Shown here: positions 48,641-57,930 of the stretch, in pieces
How positions within the stretch are numbered: the stretch's first letter is position 1
Layout: every line of letters begins with the position of its first letter
NCBI GenBank assembly: GCA_963721545.1
Contig: CAVRKB010000005.1
Location: 1,432 to 65,431, forward strand
DNA from: an uncultured Chloroflexia bacterium
GTDB taxonomy: Bacteria > Chloroflexota > Limnocylindria > Limnocylindrales > CSP1-4
Length of the DNA stretch: 64,000 nt
Direction: 5' to 3'
Position numbers and translations under genes: made by a program
The notes under the pieces: model-generated
Told to the model about the DNA's origin: nothing
Databases searched by the model: none
Seen by the model: only the letters and a program-made list of their open reading frames with translations

Positions 48641-48668
48641 TTGACGCGATCGTTCGTGGGAGTATGAT
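48641..48668 (+). promoter_or_regulatory. Putative promoter TTGACG-16nt-TATGAT for the MarR-MFS operon; 8-bp palindrome TCACGTGA just downstream
   Basis: TTGACG lies at 48641-48646 and TATGAT at 48663-48668. The GTG at 48676 sits about 7-8 nt after the -10 (leaderless candidate). TCACGTGA lies at about 48672-48679. Confidence 0.45.
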
Positions 48669-48675
48669 AGTTCAC

Positions 48676-49237
48676 GTGACACGTAGCATGATCCGTAGCG
48701 CTCCCCCAGCGGGAGTCGCCAGCCCCACCGTCCCGGCAGTCGACAGCGGTCCCACCACGGTCACGACCGAGGCGATCATCGCCGACCTCCGGACCGCCAT
48801 GGGCGAGCTCAAGTGCCTCGGCAGCGAGCGCCTGGTTCGGGTCGGCATCAGCATGATGCAGATGCACGTGATGCACCTGCTCGATCGGCACGGCGAGCTG
48901 CCGATGAGCCGGCTGGCGGACATGCTCGACGTGTCGGTCTCGGCCGCAACCGGGCTCATCGACCGGATCGAGGAGCGCGGGTTCGTCGAACGCATCCGCG
49001 TCCCGAGCGATCGCCGGGTCGTGCTCGTCCGGATCACGCCGGTCGGCCACCAGCTGCTCGACGACGTCGAGGTCCTCCGCTCCGAGATCATCGAGCAGGT
49101 CCTCGATCGCCTCGATCCGGCCCAGCTCGCCGGTGTCGCCAGCGCGCTGGTGGACCTTCGCGGCGCGCTCGCGGCCACCCTGATCGACGACCGATCCGGG
49201 CTCACATCACAGCCACCAAGCCCAGGGGAGGGACTGA
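48676..49237 (+). CDS. MarR-family transcriptional regulator (start and stop uncertain)
   Basis: The wHTH reads ..GISMMQMHVMHLLDRHGELPMSRLADMLDVSVSAATGLIDRIEERGFVERIRVPSDRRVVLVRITPVGHQLL... The frame as given runs on into the MFS gene. The TGA at 49235-49237 is in another frame, so a frame change near the 3' end is likely. Confidence 0.68.
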
Positions 49238-49243
49238 CCACTC

Positions 49244-50996
49244 ATGGAAGCATTCCCGGCAGCGTCCGAGGACTACATCCCGTCGCTCGAAGAGGACCCA
49301 GCGCTCGGGTTGAGCCACCGCGAGAAGATGGAGATCCTCTTCGCGGTCATGCTCGGCCTGTTCCTCGGCGCGCTCGACCAGACGATCGTCGGCCCGGCGC
49401 TGCCGACCATCGTCACCGACCTGTCCGGCAACGACTACTACGTCTGGGCCATCACCATCTACCTGCTGACGAGCACGATCAGCGTCCCGTTCTGGGGCAA
49501 GCTGTCCGACCTCTACGGCCGGAAGCCGATCTTCATGATCGGCATCGTCATCTTCCTGATCGGCTCAGCCCTGTCGGGCCTGAGCCAGAACATGGGCATG
49601 CTCATCCTGTTCCGAGGCATCCAGGGCATCGGCGCCGGATCCCTCTTCCCGGTCGCTCTCGCGATCATCGGCGACATGTTCACGCCGCAGGAGCGCGGCA
49701 AGTACCAGGGCCTGTTCGGCGCCGTGTTCGGCGTCGCGTTCGTCCTCGGTCCGCTCATCGGTGGGTTCCTGACCGAGCAGGTCAGCTGGCACTGGATCTT
49801 CTACGTCAACATCCCGATCGGGATCGTCTCGCTGGTCGTCATCCAGCGGCTGCTGCCGACGGTCAAGACGGCGCGGGCGACCCGGAACTTCGACGTCCTC
49901 GGCGGGGTGATCTTCACGATCTCGATCGCCTTGCTCCTCATCGGGCTCACGAACAAGGGCCTGGTCGACGAAGCCACCAAGCAGCTCCATCAGTGGGCCG
50001 ATCCGTCGGTCGGCGGCCTGATCCTGGCCGGGGTCGTCGGCGTCCTGCTGTTCATCTGGGCGGAATCGCGGGCGAAGGAGCCGATCATCCCGCTCGGCCT
50101 CTTCCGCAACCGGACCTACTCCAGCTCGATGGTCTCGAGCTTCTTCGCGGCCTTCGCGTTCTTCGGCGCGATCGTCTTCCTGCCCCGCTGGTTCCAGGTC
50201 GTCCACGACTTCTCGCCGACGTACTCGGGCCTGGCGGCCCTGCCGCTGATGATCGGCCTGATCTTCAGCTCGATCGTGTCCGGGCTCATCGTGTCGCGGA
50301 CCGGCCGCTACAAGTGGTTGCTCGTCGGCGCGATCGTCCTGATCGGCGTCGCGACGCTGTTCATGACCCAGCTGACCGCCGACACCCCGCTTGGCGTCGT
50401 CTGGTTGTGGATGTTCCTGGCCGGCCTCGGCGTCGGGCCGACGTTCTCGGTCTTCACGATCGTCGTCCAGAACGCCGTGCCGTTCAGCGTGCTCGGTGTG
50501 GCCACCTCGAACCTGACGTTCTTCCGCCAGATCGGCGGTACGGTCGCGCTGGCCTTCGTCGGCACGATCTTCGCGACGTCCTTCCAGGATCAGCTCGCTC
50601 CGCAGATGGCCGCCGCGGGCGTGCCGCCCAGCGTGATGGGCGACTTCTTCGCCGCGATTCAGACCGGCAAGATCGACTTCAACGTCCTGACGGGCGTCGG
50701 CGGTCTGGGCCAGGTGCTTGCGGCGGTGCTGCCATCGGCGGAACCCGTGATCGACGCCATGGTCCAGGCGCGAAACGCGGCCTTCAGCCTCGCCGTCTCC
50801 CAGACCTTCTGGCTCGGTGTCTTCGGCTCGGCGGTCGCGGCCGTCGCGGCGGCGTTGATGAAGGAGCATGCGCTTCGGACGAGCAACGCCGACCCCGCGC
50901 CGGCGTCCCTGTCGGGCCGACCCGGCTACGGATCGACCGGCGGTGCCCGAGGGCACGGCCTCAGCGGTCTCGAGGACGGATCGACCGATCGCCTGA
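49244..50996 (+). CDS. MFS transporter, DHA2 (EmrB/QacA-like, 14-TMS) family; 3' end uncertain
   Basis: The N-terminal part reads ..ILFAVMLGLFLGALDQTIVGPALPTIVTDL..WGKLSDLYGRKP... Multiple TM segments run through about 50870. The ORF as given runs to 51259, past a strong hairpin, so the true stop is probably before 51017 in another frame. Confidence 0.8.
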
Positions 50997-51016
50997 CCTC
51001 CGCTCCTCCTCTCGTT

Positions 51017-51049
51017 CGACGGCCCCGATGGATCCCATCGGGGCCGTCG
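51017..51049 (+). terminator. Intrinsic-terminator-like hairpin (15-bp perfect stem, 3-nt loop) followed by TTCGTT
   Basis: The sequence is CGACGGCCCCGATGG-ATC-CCATCGGGGCCGTCG at 51017-51049. It lies downstream of the MFS gene and upstream of the Rieske gene. Confidence 0.5.
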
Positions 51050-51083
51050 TTCGTTCCGCGCTACCCTGTCGGAGCTGACATGG

Positions 51084-51563
51084 ATGACCGACCTGCACCG
51101 TTCCCCCCAGCACTCCGGGCGCACGGCACCGCGCGACGCCGCGTTCGAGGCGGTCCTCGACGTCGCCGACCTGCCACCGGGGTCGCTGCGTCGGGTGACC
51201 CGCGGCGAGCTCGACATCCTGCTCGCGCACACGCCCGAGGGCATCGTCGCGACCGATGACCGCTGCCCGCACATGAGCGCGCCGCTGTCGATCGGCGAGC
51301 TCGACGGGTGCGTCGTCGCCTGCCCGCTCCACGAGGGTCGCTTCGACCTGTGCACCGGCGAGACCGTCCAGATGCCGACGACCGGCGGCCTCGACGCCGA
51401 CGGGGCCTACTGGCCGACCTGGTCGCCGGCCGGCCGCGACCCGAAGGTCGACCCGCCGGGCAAGAAGGCCGAGGCGCGCCGGCTGACGCGCGTCCGGCGG
51501 CTCCGCTTCTACCCGGTCCGGATCAGCGACGGCCGGATCGAGGTCGCGCTGCCGCGCGATTGA
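51084..51563 (+). CDS. Rieske [2Fe-2S] domain protein
   Basis: The Rieske ligand motifs CPHMSAPL and CPLHEGRF lie 17 residues apart. Intact 159-aa ORF. Confidence 0.8.
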   Translation: MTDLHRSPQHSGRTAPRDAAFEAVLDVADLPPGSLRRVTRGELDILLAHTPEGIVATDDRCPHMSAPLSIGELDGCVVACPLHEGRFDLCTGETVQMPTTGGLDADGAYWPTWSPAGRDPKVDPPGKKAEARRLTRVRRLRFYPVRISDGRIEVALPRD

Positions 51564-51573
51564 CCCGGCCGGG

Positions 51574-52483
51574 TCAGCTCTCGGCGCGCTCCGGCGCCGC
51601 CCCGGCCGGGTGCTCGACCTCGGCCTGGTCGACGACCTGCGTGTCGGTCGCGGTCGACGCACCGCGCCCATCGCGATCGCGGACGTAGGCGTCGATGATG
51701 TCGCACGCCTCGGCCGGGTCGTCGCTGACGCGCAGCAGGTCCACGTCGGACTGGTTGATCGCCGACTCGGCGACGAGCGGTCCGCGGATCCAGTCGATCA
51801 GCCCGGCCCAGTAGTCGCTGCCCATCAGGATGACCGGGAAGTCCTGGATCTTGCGCGGTCTGGATCAGGGTCAGCGCCTCGAACAGCTCGTCGAGCGTCC
51901 CGAACCCGCCGGGGTAGATCACGAACGCGTCGGCGTACTTCACGAACATGACCTTGCGGGCGAAGAAGTAGCGGAACTCGACGCCGAGGTCCACGTACGG
52001 GTTGAGCCCCTGCTCCAGGGGCAGCTCGATGTTGCAGCCGACCGACAGGCCGCCGCCCTCCTGGCAGCCACGGTTGGCGGCGGCCATGATCCCCGGCCCG
52101 CCGCCGGTGATGACCGCATAGCCACGCTCCGCAAGGAGGGCGCCGAGCCGTCGGGCGCCCGCGTAGTACGGCGAGTCTTCGGGCGTCCGGGCCGATCCGA
52201 AGACGGTCACCGCTGGACCGACCGACGCGAGCGCGTCGAACCCGTCGACGAACTCGCCGACGATCCGCAGCACGCGCCACGGGTCGGTGTCGAGAAAGGC
52301 CGGGCGGGTCGGTCGTTCGAGGAGCCGCTCGTCCTCCGTGCGCTTCCCGCGCCGGGTGGCGACGTGGTCCTTCTCGGGACGGATGACCAGGCGACCGCTG
52401 CGCCGCCGGCCGGTCTCCTCGTCGCGCGCGCCCTCGGGGTCGGCGGCGCGATCTGGGGCGGGGTCGTCGGGCGTATGGTCCAT
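51574..52483 (-). pseudogene. LOG-family (TIGR00730) nucleotide phosphoribohydrolase with N-terminal extension; one frame change near 51850
   Basis: The motifs are ..VTVFGSAR.., ..VITGGGPGIMAAANRG.. and ..VIYPGGFGTLDELFEAL... The C-terminus ..ILMGSDYWAGLIDWIRG.. lies in ORF 51574..51825. Confidence 0.8.
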
Positions 52484-52514
52484 CGTGGCTAGGATGCATC
52501 ACGGAGGAGGCGCC

Positions 52515-52700
52515 ATGCGCGGACGGTTGATCCTCGCGGCCGTGCTCGGCATCGTCGGGCTCGTGTGGATCGCCCAGGGACTCGACCTGCTGCAGGGCAG
52601 CGGGTTCATGGACGGCGACGTGCGCTGGGCGGCCGCGGGTGCGGTCCTCGTGCTCATCGGTCTCGGGCTGGCGGCTTCACCGCGGCGCGGCGCCGGCGGC
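52515..52700 (+). CDS. Possible small two-TM membrane protein (3' end unresolved)
   Basis: GGAGGAGG lies 4 nt before the ATG at 52515. The translation is MRGRLILAAVLGIVGLVWIAQGLDLLQGSGFMDGDVRWAAAGAVLVLIGLGLAA... There is no in-frame stop before it runs antisense into the ArsC-family gene. Confidence 0.3.
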
Positions 52701-53052
52701 CGGAGGCCTGAGCCAGGCGGTCCACGCCGCCTCGGCGCGACCGGCGGTCACCTCGTCGCCAAAGCCGGACCAACGGCAGGCGGAGCAGCCGCTGGTCGGC
52801 GAGCAGTCGTTCGGCGACCTCGCGATCGTCCATCCGCAGGTGCGCGAGCCCGCCGTCGCGGTACGGCCTCGACGTCTCGTCGAGCAATGCTCGCGCCCCG
52901 AGCCGGTCGACGAAGCGGCGGAGCTCCGCCGGCGCCATCGGCCGCTTGCCGATGTCGACGAAGCTGACCACGATCCGTCGTTCGCGGAAGAAGCGAATGG
53001 CGCCGCGGGTCGGCTGCGACGTATCCGTCCCGAAGACCTGGATGCTCGGCAT
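52677..53052 (-). pseudogene. ArsC/Spx-family (glutaredoxin-fold, YffB-like) protein; one frame change near 52765
   Basis: The translation reads MPSIQVFGTDTSQPTRGAIRFFRERRIVVSFVDIGKRPMAPAELRRFV..LLDETSRPYRD..LLRLPLVR. It then continues FGDEVTAGRAEAAWTAWL..* in another frame. Confidence 0.65.
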
Positions 53053-53224
53053 CTTGCGTGTCGGGGTCTTGCCCAGCGGAGCCGGCATGGTCAGGCCCGC
53101 GGGACGCTGATCGGCGCGACCACGACCCGGCCGCGACGGCGCTGGAGCTCGACCACGGGCGAAGCGTAGCGTGGCCGACCCGCGACCGACGACCGGGTAC
53201 CATCGAGCGCACAGGAGGTGGCGC

Positions 53225-53512
53225 GTGACGGTCTGGTTCACGGTCAAGCTCGACGATCGGCCGGGATCGCTGGCGCGTGTCGCCGCGGCCCTCGGCGAGC
53301 GTGGCGTCAACATCACCGGCATCGTCGGCGTCGCCGAGGACACCGATGGCGCGCTGATGCTCACCACGTCCGACGCGGCCGCCACCCGGGAAGCCTTCGC
53401 CGCGCTCGGCCTGGCCTTCGAGGAGCACGATCCGACCGGGGGCATGGAGCCCGACGCGATGTCGGTCAGCGACCTCCGGCCGGGCGCGGCCGGCAGGGGC
53501 TCGCTCGGCTGA
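53225..53512 (+). CDS. ACT-domain protein (small)
   Basis: AGGAGG lies 6 nt before the GTG at 53225. The translation is VTVWFTVKLDDRPGSLARVAAALGERGVNITGIVGVAEDTDGALMLTTSD... Its stop overlaps the next start (TGATG at 53510-53514). Confidence 0.7.
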   Translation: MTVWFTVKLDDRPGSLARVAAALGERGVNITGIVGVAEDTDGALMLTTSDAAATREAFAALGLAFEEHDPTGGMEPDAMSVSDLRPGAAGRGSLG

Positions 53513-54198
53513 TGCCTCGTCGCCCGACCGCCGGCCGGACGAACACCGCCGCGATCCGCCTCGACATCGTCGACGGACCGACGGCGCTGTCGACGGTCGC
53601 CGGGATCGTTGCCTCGCTCGGCGGGCGGATCCGGGCGGTGGCAACCGTCCGCCGGATCGACGGCGACCCGCCGACGGCCGAGATCGAGCTCGAGGTCGAG
53701 GACGTCACCGAGGAGGCCCTCGTCGCGGCGCTCGAGTCGGTCGACGAGATCCGGACCGTCCAGCTGACGCGGGCGCTCGATCGCGTCTTCGGCAAGCGGA
53801 TCATCGTCGTCGGCGGCGGCGCGCAGGTCGCCCAGGTCGCCCTCGGTGCGGTCAGCGAGGCGGACCGCCACAACCTTCGCGGCGAGCGGATCAGCGTCGA
53901 CACCATCCCGCTCGTCGGCGAGGAGAACATCGCCGCGGCCGTCCGCGCGGTCGCCGACCTGCCGCGCGCTCGCCTCCTCGTCCTGGCCGGCTCGATCATG
54001 GGCGGCGACATCAGCGTGGCCGCCGAGGAGCTTCGCGCGGTCGGGATCCCGATCATCGCGCTCAACATGGTCGGCTCGATCACCGACCACGTCGACCTCG
54101 TCGTGTCGGACCCGGTCCAGGCCGGGACGATGGCGGTCATGGCCGTGGCCGACACGGCGACGTTCGACCTCGACCGCCAGCGCGGTCGCCGGTACTAG
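53512..54198 (+). CDS. ACT-like N-terminal domain fused to an uncharacterised Rossmann-like domain
   Basis: The N-terminal part ..IRLDIVDGPTALSTVAGIVASLGGRIRAVATV..IELEVEDVTEEAL.. is followed by ..GKRIIVVGGGAQVAQVALGAVSEADRHN..LLVLAGSIMGGDIS..IPIIALNMVGS... Intact ORF, translationally coupled to the preceding ACT gene. Confidence 0.6.
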   Translation: MPRRPTAGRTNTAAIRLDIVDGPTALSTVAGIVASLGGRIRAVATVRRIDGDPPTAEIELEVEDVTEEALVAALESVDEIRTVQLTRALDRVFGKRIIVVGGGAQVAQVALGAVSEADRHNLRGERISVDTIPLVGEENIAAAVRAVADLPRARLLVLAGSIMGGDISVAAEELRAVGIPIIALNMVGSITDHVDLVVSDPVQAGTMAVMAVADTATFDLDRQRGRRY

Positions 54199-54207
54199 GG
54201 CGTCCCC

Positions 54208-55122
54208 ATGCGCGTCGCGACCTGGAACGTCAACTCGCTCAAGGCCCGTCAGGAGGCGGTCGAGGGGTGGCTCGAACGCGCGGCGCCGGACATCCTGCTG
54301 CTGCAGGAGACGAAGCTGACCGACGTCGACGCGCCGGTCATGCCGTTCCAGATGGCCGGCTACCAGCTCGTCCACCACGGTGAGGGGCGCTGGAACGGCG
54401 TCGCGATCGCCGCACGCGATGGGCTCGCCATCGACGACGTCGTGACCAACTTCGGCGACGGGCCGGTCCGGGATTCCGGTCCGGGTGGCGCCGGCGCCGA
54501 ACAGGTCTCCGAGGAGGACTTCGACCCGTTCGACGAAGCACGCATGCTCGCGGCGACGGTCGACGGGATCCGACTCGTCAGCCTGTATGCGCCGAACGGC
54601 CGGACCGTCGGCTCGCCGTTCTATGCCGGGAAGCTGGCCTGGTTCGAGCGCCTCGCGCGCTGGGTCCGCGAGACGACCAAGCCGGGCGATCCCCTGCTGC
54701 TGGGCGGCGACCTCAACGTCGCCCCGACCGACGACGACGTGTGGGATCCGAAGGCCGTCCACGGCGGCACCCACGTGTCGGAGCCCGAGCGCGCCGCCTT
54801 CCGCGCGCTGCTCGATCTCGGGCTGACCGATGGCTATCGCGCCATCCACGACGAGAAGGGCCGCTTCTCGTGGTGGGACTACCGGGCGGGCATGTTCCAC
54901 AAGAACTTCGGGATGCGGATCGACCACCTGCTGGCGTCGGCGCCGGTGGCCTCGCGGATCGTCGACGCGGAGATCGACCGCGACGCGCGAAAGGGCCCGC
55001 CCGTCCCGTCCGACCACGCCCCGCTCTCGATCGACCTCGACGAGCCGGGCCGCCCCATCGACCCCGACTGGGCCGGCGCCCTCGCCCGCATCGCCGCCCG
55101 CACCCGCCCACCCCGCCGCTAG
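54208..55122 (+). CDS. xthA: Exodeoxyribonuclease III (AP endonuclease, EEP fold)
   Basis: The motifs present are MRVATWNVNSLKAR..PDILLLQETK.., ..LGGDLNVAPTDDDVWDP.., ..WWDYRAGMFHKNFGMRIDH.. and ..PSDHAPL... Intact 304-aa ORF. Confidence 0.9.
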   Translation: MRVATWNVNSLKARQEAVEGWLERAAPDILLLQETKLTDVDAPVMPFQMAGYQLVHHGEGRWNGVAIAARDGLAIDDVVTNFGDGPVRDSGPGGAGAEQVSEEDFDPFDEARMLAATVDGIRLVSLYAPNGRTVGSPFYAGKLAWFERLARWVRETTKPGDPLLLGGDLNVAPTDDDVWDPKAVHGGTHVSEPERAAFRALLDLGLTDGYRAIHDEKGRFSWWDYRAGMFHKNFGMRIDHLLASAPVASRIVDAEIDRDARKGPPVPSDHAPLSIDLDEPGRPIDPDWAGALARIAARTRPPRR

Positions 55123-55158
55123 TCGGCCCGCGCCGTCCCGCGCCGGCCCAGTTGACCG

Positions 55159-56560
55159 CTACGTACTGACGATGGTGTGGCGGAGAATCCAGCCCGTGAT
55201 GTTATCCGGCGTGCGGACCTGCAGGAACCCCTCGTGCGATTCGAGGATCTCGACCTCGTCACCACGATCGAGCCGGCCGAGCTCGGTGCGACCGGATGGC
55301 ATCCGGCTCGGAGCTGATGCGGACCTGGCGATAGCCGACCTTCGCCCGCTCCACGCCCTTCTTCGGTGGCCCGTCGAAGGCGCGAGCCACGGTCGCCGCG
55401 GCCGCAGCCGCTCCGGCCGACAGCTTGTTCGACGCCCGACGTGATCGCCGCAGCGGCGCATCCTCGTCGACCGGTTCGAGGTCCTCCTCGATCGCCGGGT
55501 CGCGCGAGCGGGGCCGGACGGCTTCGACCGACGCCGTGACTGCGGCAGGATCAGGCTCGACCGGGGCGCCCCTGCGCCGGCGACGGGCAACCGGCAGGCG
55601 CGGCCGCGGCTGCTGCGACCACCGTCGGGACGGCGGCGGGCGGAGTCGGCCCGAGGCGTCGTCACGACTGGCCTGGGCGGCGGCTCGTCGTTACCGCGGC
55701 GTCTCCGCCGCCCACCCACGAGCAGGAACATCCCGCCGGCTGCGGCAACCAGCGCGAGGAGCAGCGGCGCGAGGCCACCCGGGCCGTTCGACGGCCGCCA
55801 CCCGGGCCGCCGTTGGTTCCGGCGAGGGCGCCGAGGGGCGGCAGGGCGGTCGGCGAGCCGCTCGCCGATGGTGTCGGCAGCACGATCGTCGGCGAGGCAC
55901 TCGCGCCGCGCGCCGGCGTTCCGCCGGTCGAGCCCTTGGCCGGTTTCGGCGTCGGCTTCGGGGTCGCCTTCCGGGGCTTCGGCGTCGGCTTTGGCGTGGG
56001 CTTCGGCGTAGCGACGACCCTTGGCCTCGGCGTCGGTCTTGGCGTGGGCTTCGGGGTCGGCTTCGGCGTGGGCTTCGGGGTGGGCTTCGGGGTCGGGGTC
56101 GGCGTGGCAACGGGCGTCGGCGTCGGCGGTGGGTTCACCTGGATGGTGCCGCCGGACACTTCGCAGGTCTGCGGCGTGCCGGGTTGGGTCGACGGCTCGA
56201 CGCGGAACGTGACGTTCCACGTCCCGGCCGCCACGGTGAACGAACGGGAATAGATGGCGCCCGTCGGCAGGCTTCCGGACTGGAGGTTCAGGCCCCGCGA
56301 GAACGTTCCCGGGGGTCAGGTACACCCGGATCGAGGTCGGTGTCTCGCCGAGGTTGTCCTGGTACTTGACGGAGAACGTGAAGGTCGTGCCGGTGGTGCC
56401 CGATCCGGGCGAGACCGATGGCTCGGTCAGGCTGCCGTTGTCCGGGCAGGTGACGGCGAGGGCCGACGCCGGGAACACGGCGAGCGCAACCAGCAGCGAC
56501 AGTGTGACGGTCGCTGCTCCGGCCAGCCTGCGGCCCTGCCGCTTCTCGGAGCGTCGTGGA
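55159..56560 (-). pseudogene. Membrane protein: signal peptide, Ig-like exported domain, Pro/Thr/Lys-rich linker, TM helix, cytoplasmic linker, C-terminal SH3-like domain; several frame changes, start unresolved
   Basis: The signal is ..RRSEKRQGRRLAGAATVTLSLLVALAVFPASALA. The exported domain is VTCPDNGSLTEPSVSPGSGTTGTTFTFSVKYQDN.. and ..[21 protein letters not shown]... The linker is (PTPK)n and the TM helix is [21 protein letters not shown]. The C-terminus is ..VGYRQVRISSEPD..LGRLDRGDEVEILESHEGFLQVRTPDNITGWILRHTIVST*. Confidence 0.6.
55921..56125. repeat. Low-complexity coding repeat (GGCTTCGGSGTSGG-type, encodes PTPKPTPKP... on the minus strand)
   Basis: Reiterated 12-nt-like units are visible at 55975-56110. 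A shorter equivalent lies in the paralog at about 57380-57490. Confidence 0.6.
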
Positions 56561-56709
56561 ATGATCGGTCTCCCAGTGGGTGACTCGAACGTAGAGCAGC
56601 GATGCGCGCTCGTCAGTCCGCCGGTTGGCCAGCCACGATCGGTACTTTGGTCGTGCCCGCGAGCAGGACGCGAAGCCCGCCGAATCGAGAATCCGGCCGC
56701 CGGGAACCG

Positions 56710-57930
56710 CTACGAGCTGACGATGGTGTGGCGAAGAATCCATCCCGTGATGCCGTCCGGCGTCCGGATCTCGAGGAACCCTTCGTACGAATCGAGGATC
56801 TCGACTTCGTCGCCACGATCGAGCCGGCCGCGCTCGACCGAGCGGACCGCGTCGGGCTTCGAGCTGATGCGGACCTGGTGATAGCCGATCCTGGCCCGTT
56901 CCACGTCCCTGGCAGGTGGCTTCGGGAACGTCCGGGGCGCGATCGGTGCCGCCGAGCGAGGCCCGGCCCTCATCCACGGCCGTGGCCGGCATGGGCGACG
57001 CGAGGCCGGCGATCCCGACGTCGGCCGTCGCCACGGCCGCGCCCTCGTGGATCGCCTCGTCGTCGCGCGAGCGGCGGACGAGCGCCAGGAACAGCAGCAG
57101 GCCGCCGGACGTGGTCACGAGCCACACCGTCAGCGGGTTCGTCGCACCGGCCAGCAGCCCTCCGTCATCGAATGCGGTGGCCGAGCCACCGGCGGCGCCG
57201 CCACTCGATCGGACCGGCGACCACGCCGGGCGTCGACGGCGAGGCCGTGGGGCTCGGCGTGCTGTCGGGTGACGGGAAAGGCTGGCGGTCGCCGATCCGG
57301 GCGTCGATCCGGACGTCGCCGTCGCCGCCCGGTGCCTGGCTCTCCGAGGGTCTGGCAGTGGGTCGGGCGGTCGCCTTGCCGGGCTTCGGCGTCGACTTCG
57401 GGCCCGGCCCTGGTGTTGCGCGCGTCGGCTTCGGGGTTGCCTTCGGCGGCTTCGGCGTGGCCTTCGGCGTCGGGCTGGGCGTCGGCGGCACGGTGACGAC
57501 GACCGGCGACGGCCCCACCTGGGTGTCCTCACAAACAGTGCCGCCGGTCCGTGCCTGGAAGACGTAGGTCCACGACCCGACCGGCAGGGTTCGGTTCAGG
57601 TGGTAGACGACGCCGGCCCGGAAGGTCGTCCCCGACGGGGTCATGTCGGACCACGCGCCGTTGAACCCGAGCCGAACCCAGGTCGGCGTCGCACCCGCCC
57701 GGTCGGACACCGTGACCGAGAACTGAAAGATGGTCGCCGTCGTGCCGGTCGCCGGGGTGACGGTGCCCGCCTCGATCGTGACCCGGCCACAGCTTTGCGC
57801 CTCGACCGCGCGCGGGCAACCCGAACAGCCCGATGCCGAGCCAGCTGACAGCCGCAAGGACGGCGACGACCAGCGGAGCGTGGTCGTGCTCGGGGGAGGC
57901 GTCGCGCTGTCGGATTCCGGGCCATGGCAA
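56710..57930 (-). pseudogene. Paralog of the preceding membrane/SH3-like protein; several frame changes
   Basis: The N-terminal anchor ..APLVVAVLAAVSWLGIGLFGLPA has a candidate TTG start at 57930. The exported domain is ..CGRVTIEAGTVTPATGTTATIFQFSVTVSD..GSWTYVFQARTGGTVCEDTQ.., followed by a PT/K-rich linker. The TM helix is VWLVTTSGGLLLFLALV. The C-terminus is ..IGYHQVRISSKPD..RGRLDRGDEVEILDSYEGFLEIRTPDGITGWILRHTIVSS*. Confidence 0.6.

Noticed and set aside
52654-55017. 787-aa minus-strand ORF, plus other very long antisense ORFs (58048..60036, 39106..41070, 49565..51355, 34136..35800, 36683..39259)
   Set aside because: - Each lies opposite a gene with clear family motifs (xthA, GGDEF-EAL, TPM/DUF2207, MFS, DUF885, lysA).
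- Each has an Arg/Gly/Pro/Asp-dominated composition.
- Only the ArsC-family segment at the 3' end of 52654..55017 is real.
55921-56125. The GGCTTCGG-type reiterations (and 57380-57490) as a regulatory repeat array or mobile-element remnant
   Set aside because: They are the coding sequence of Pro/Thr/Lys-rich linkers on the minus strand of the two paralogous membrane proteins. This is ordinary low-complexity linker DNA.
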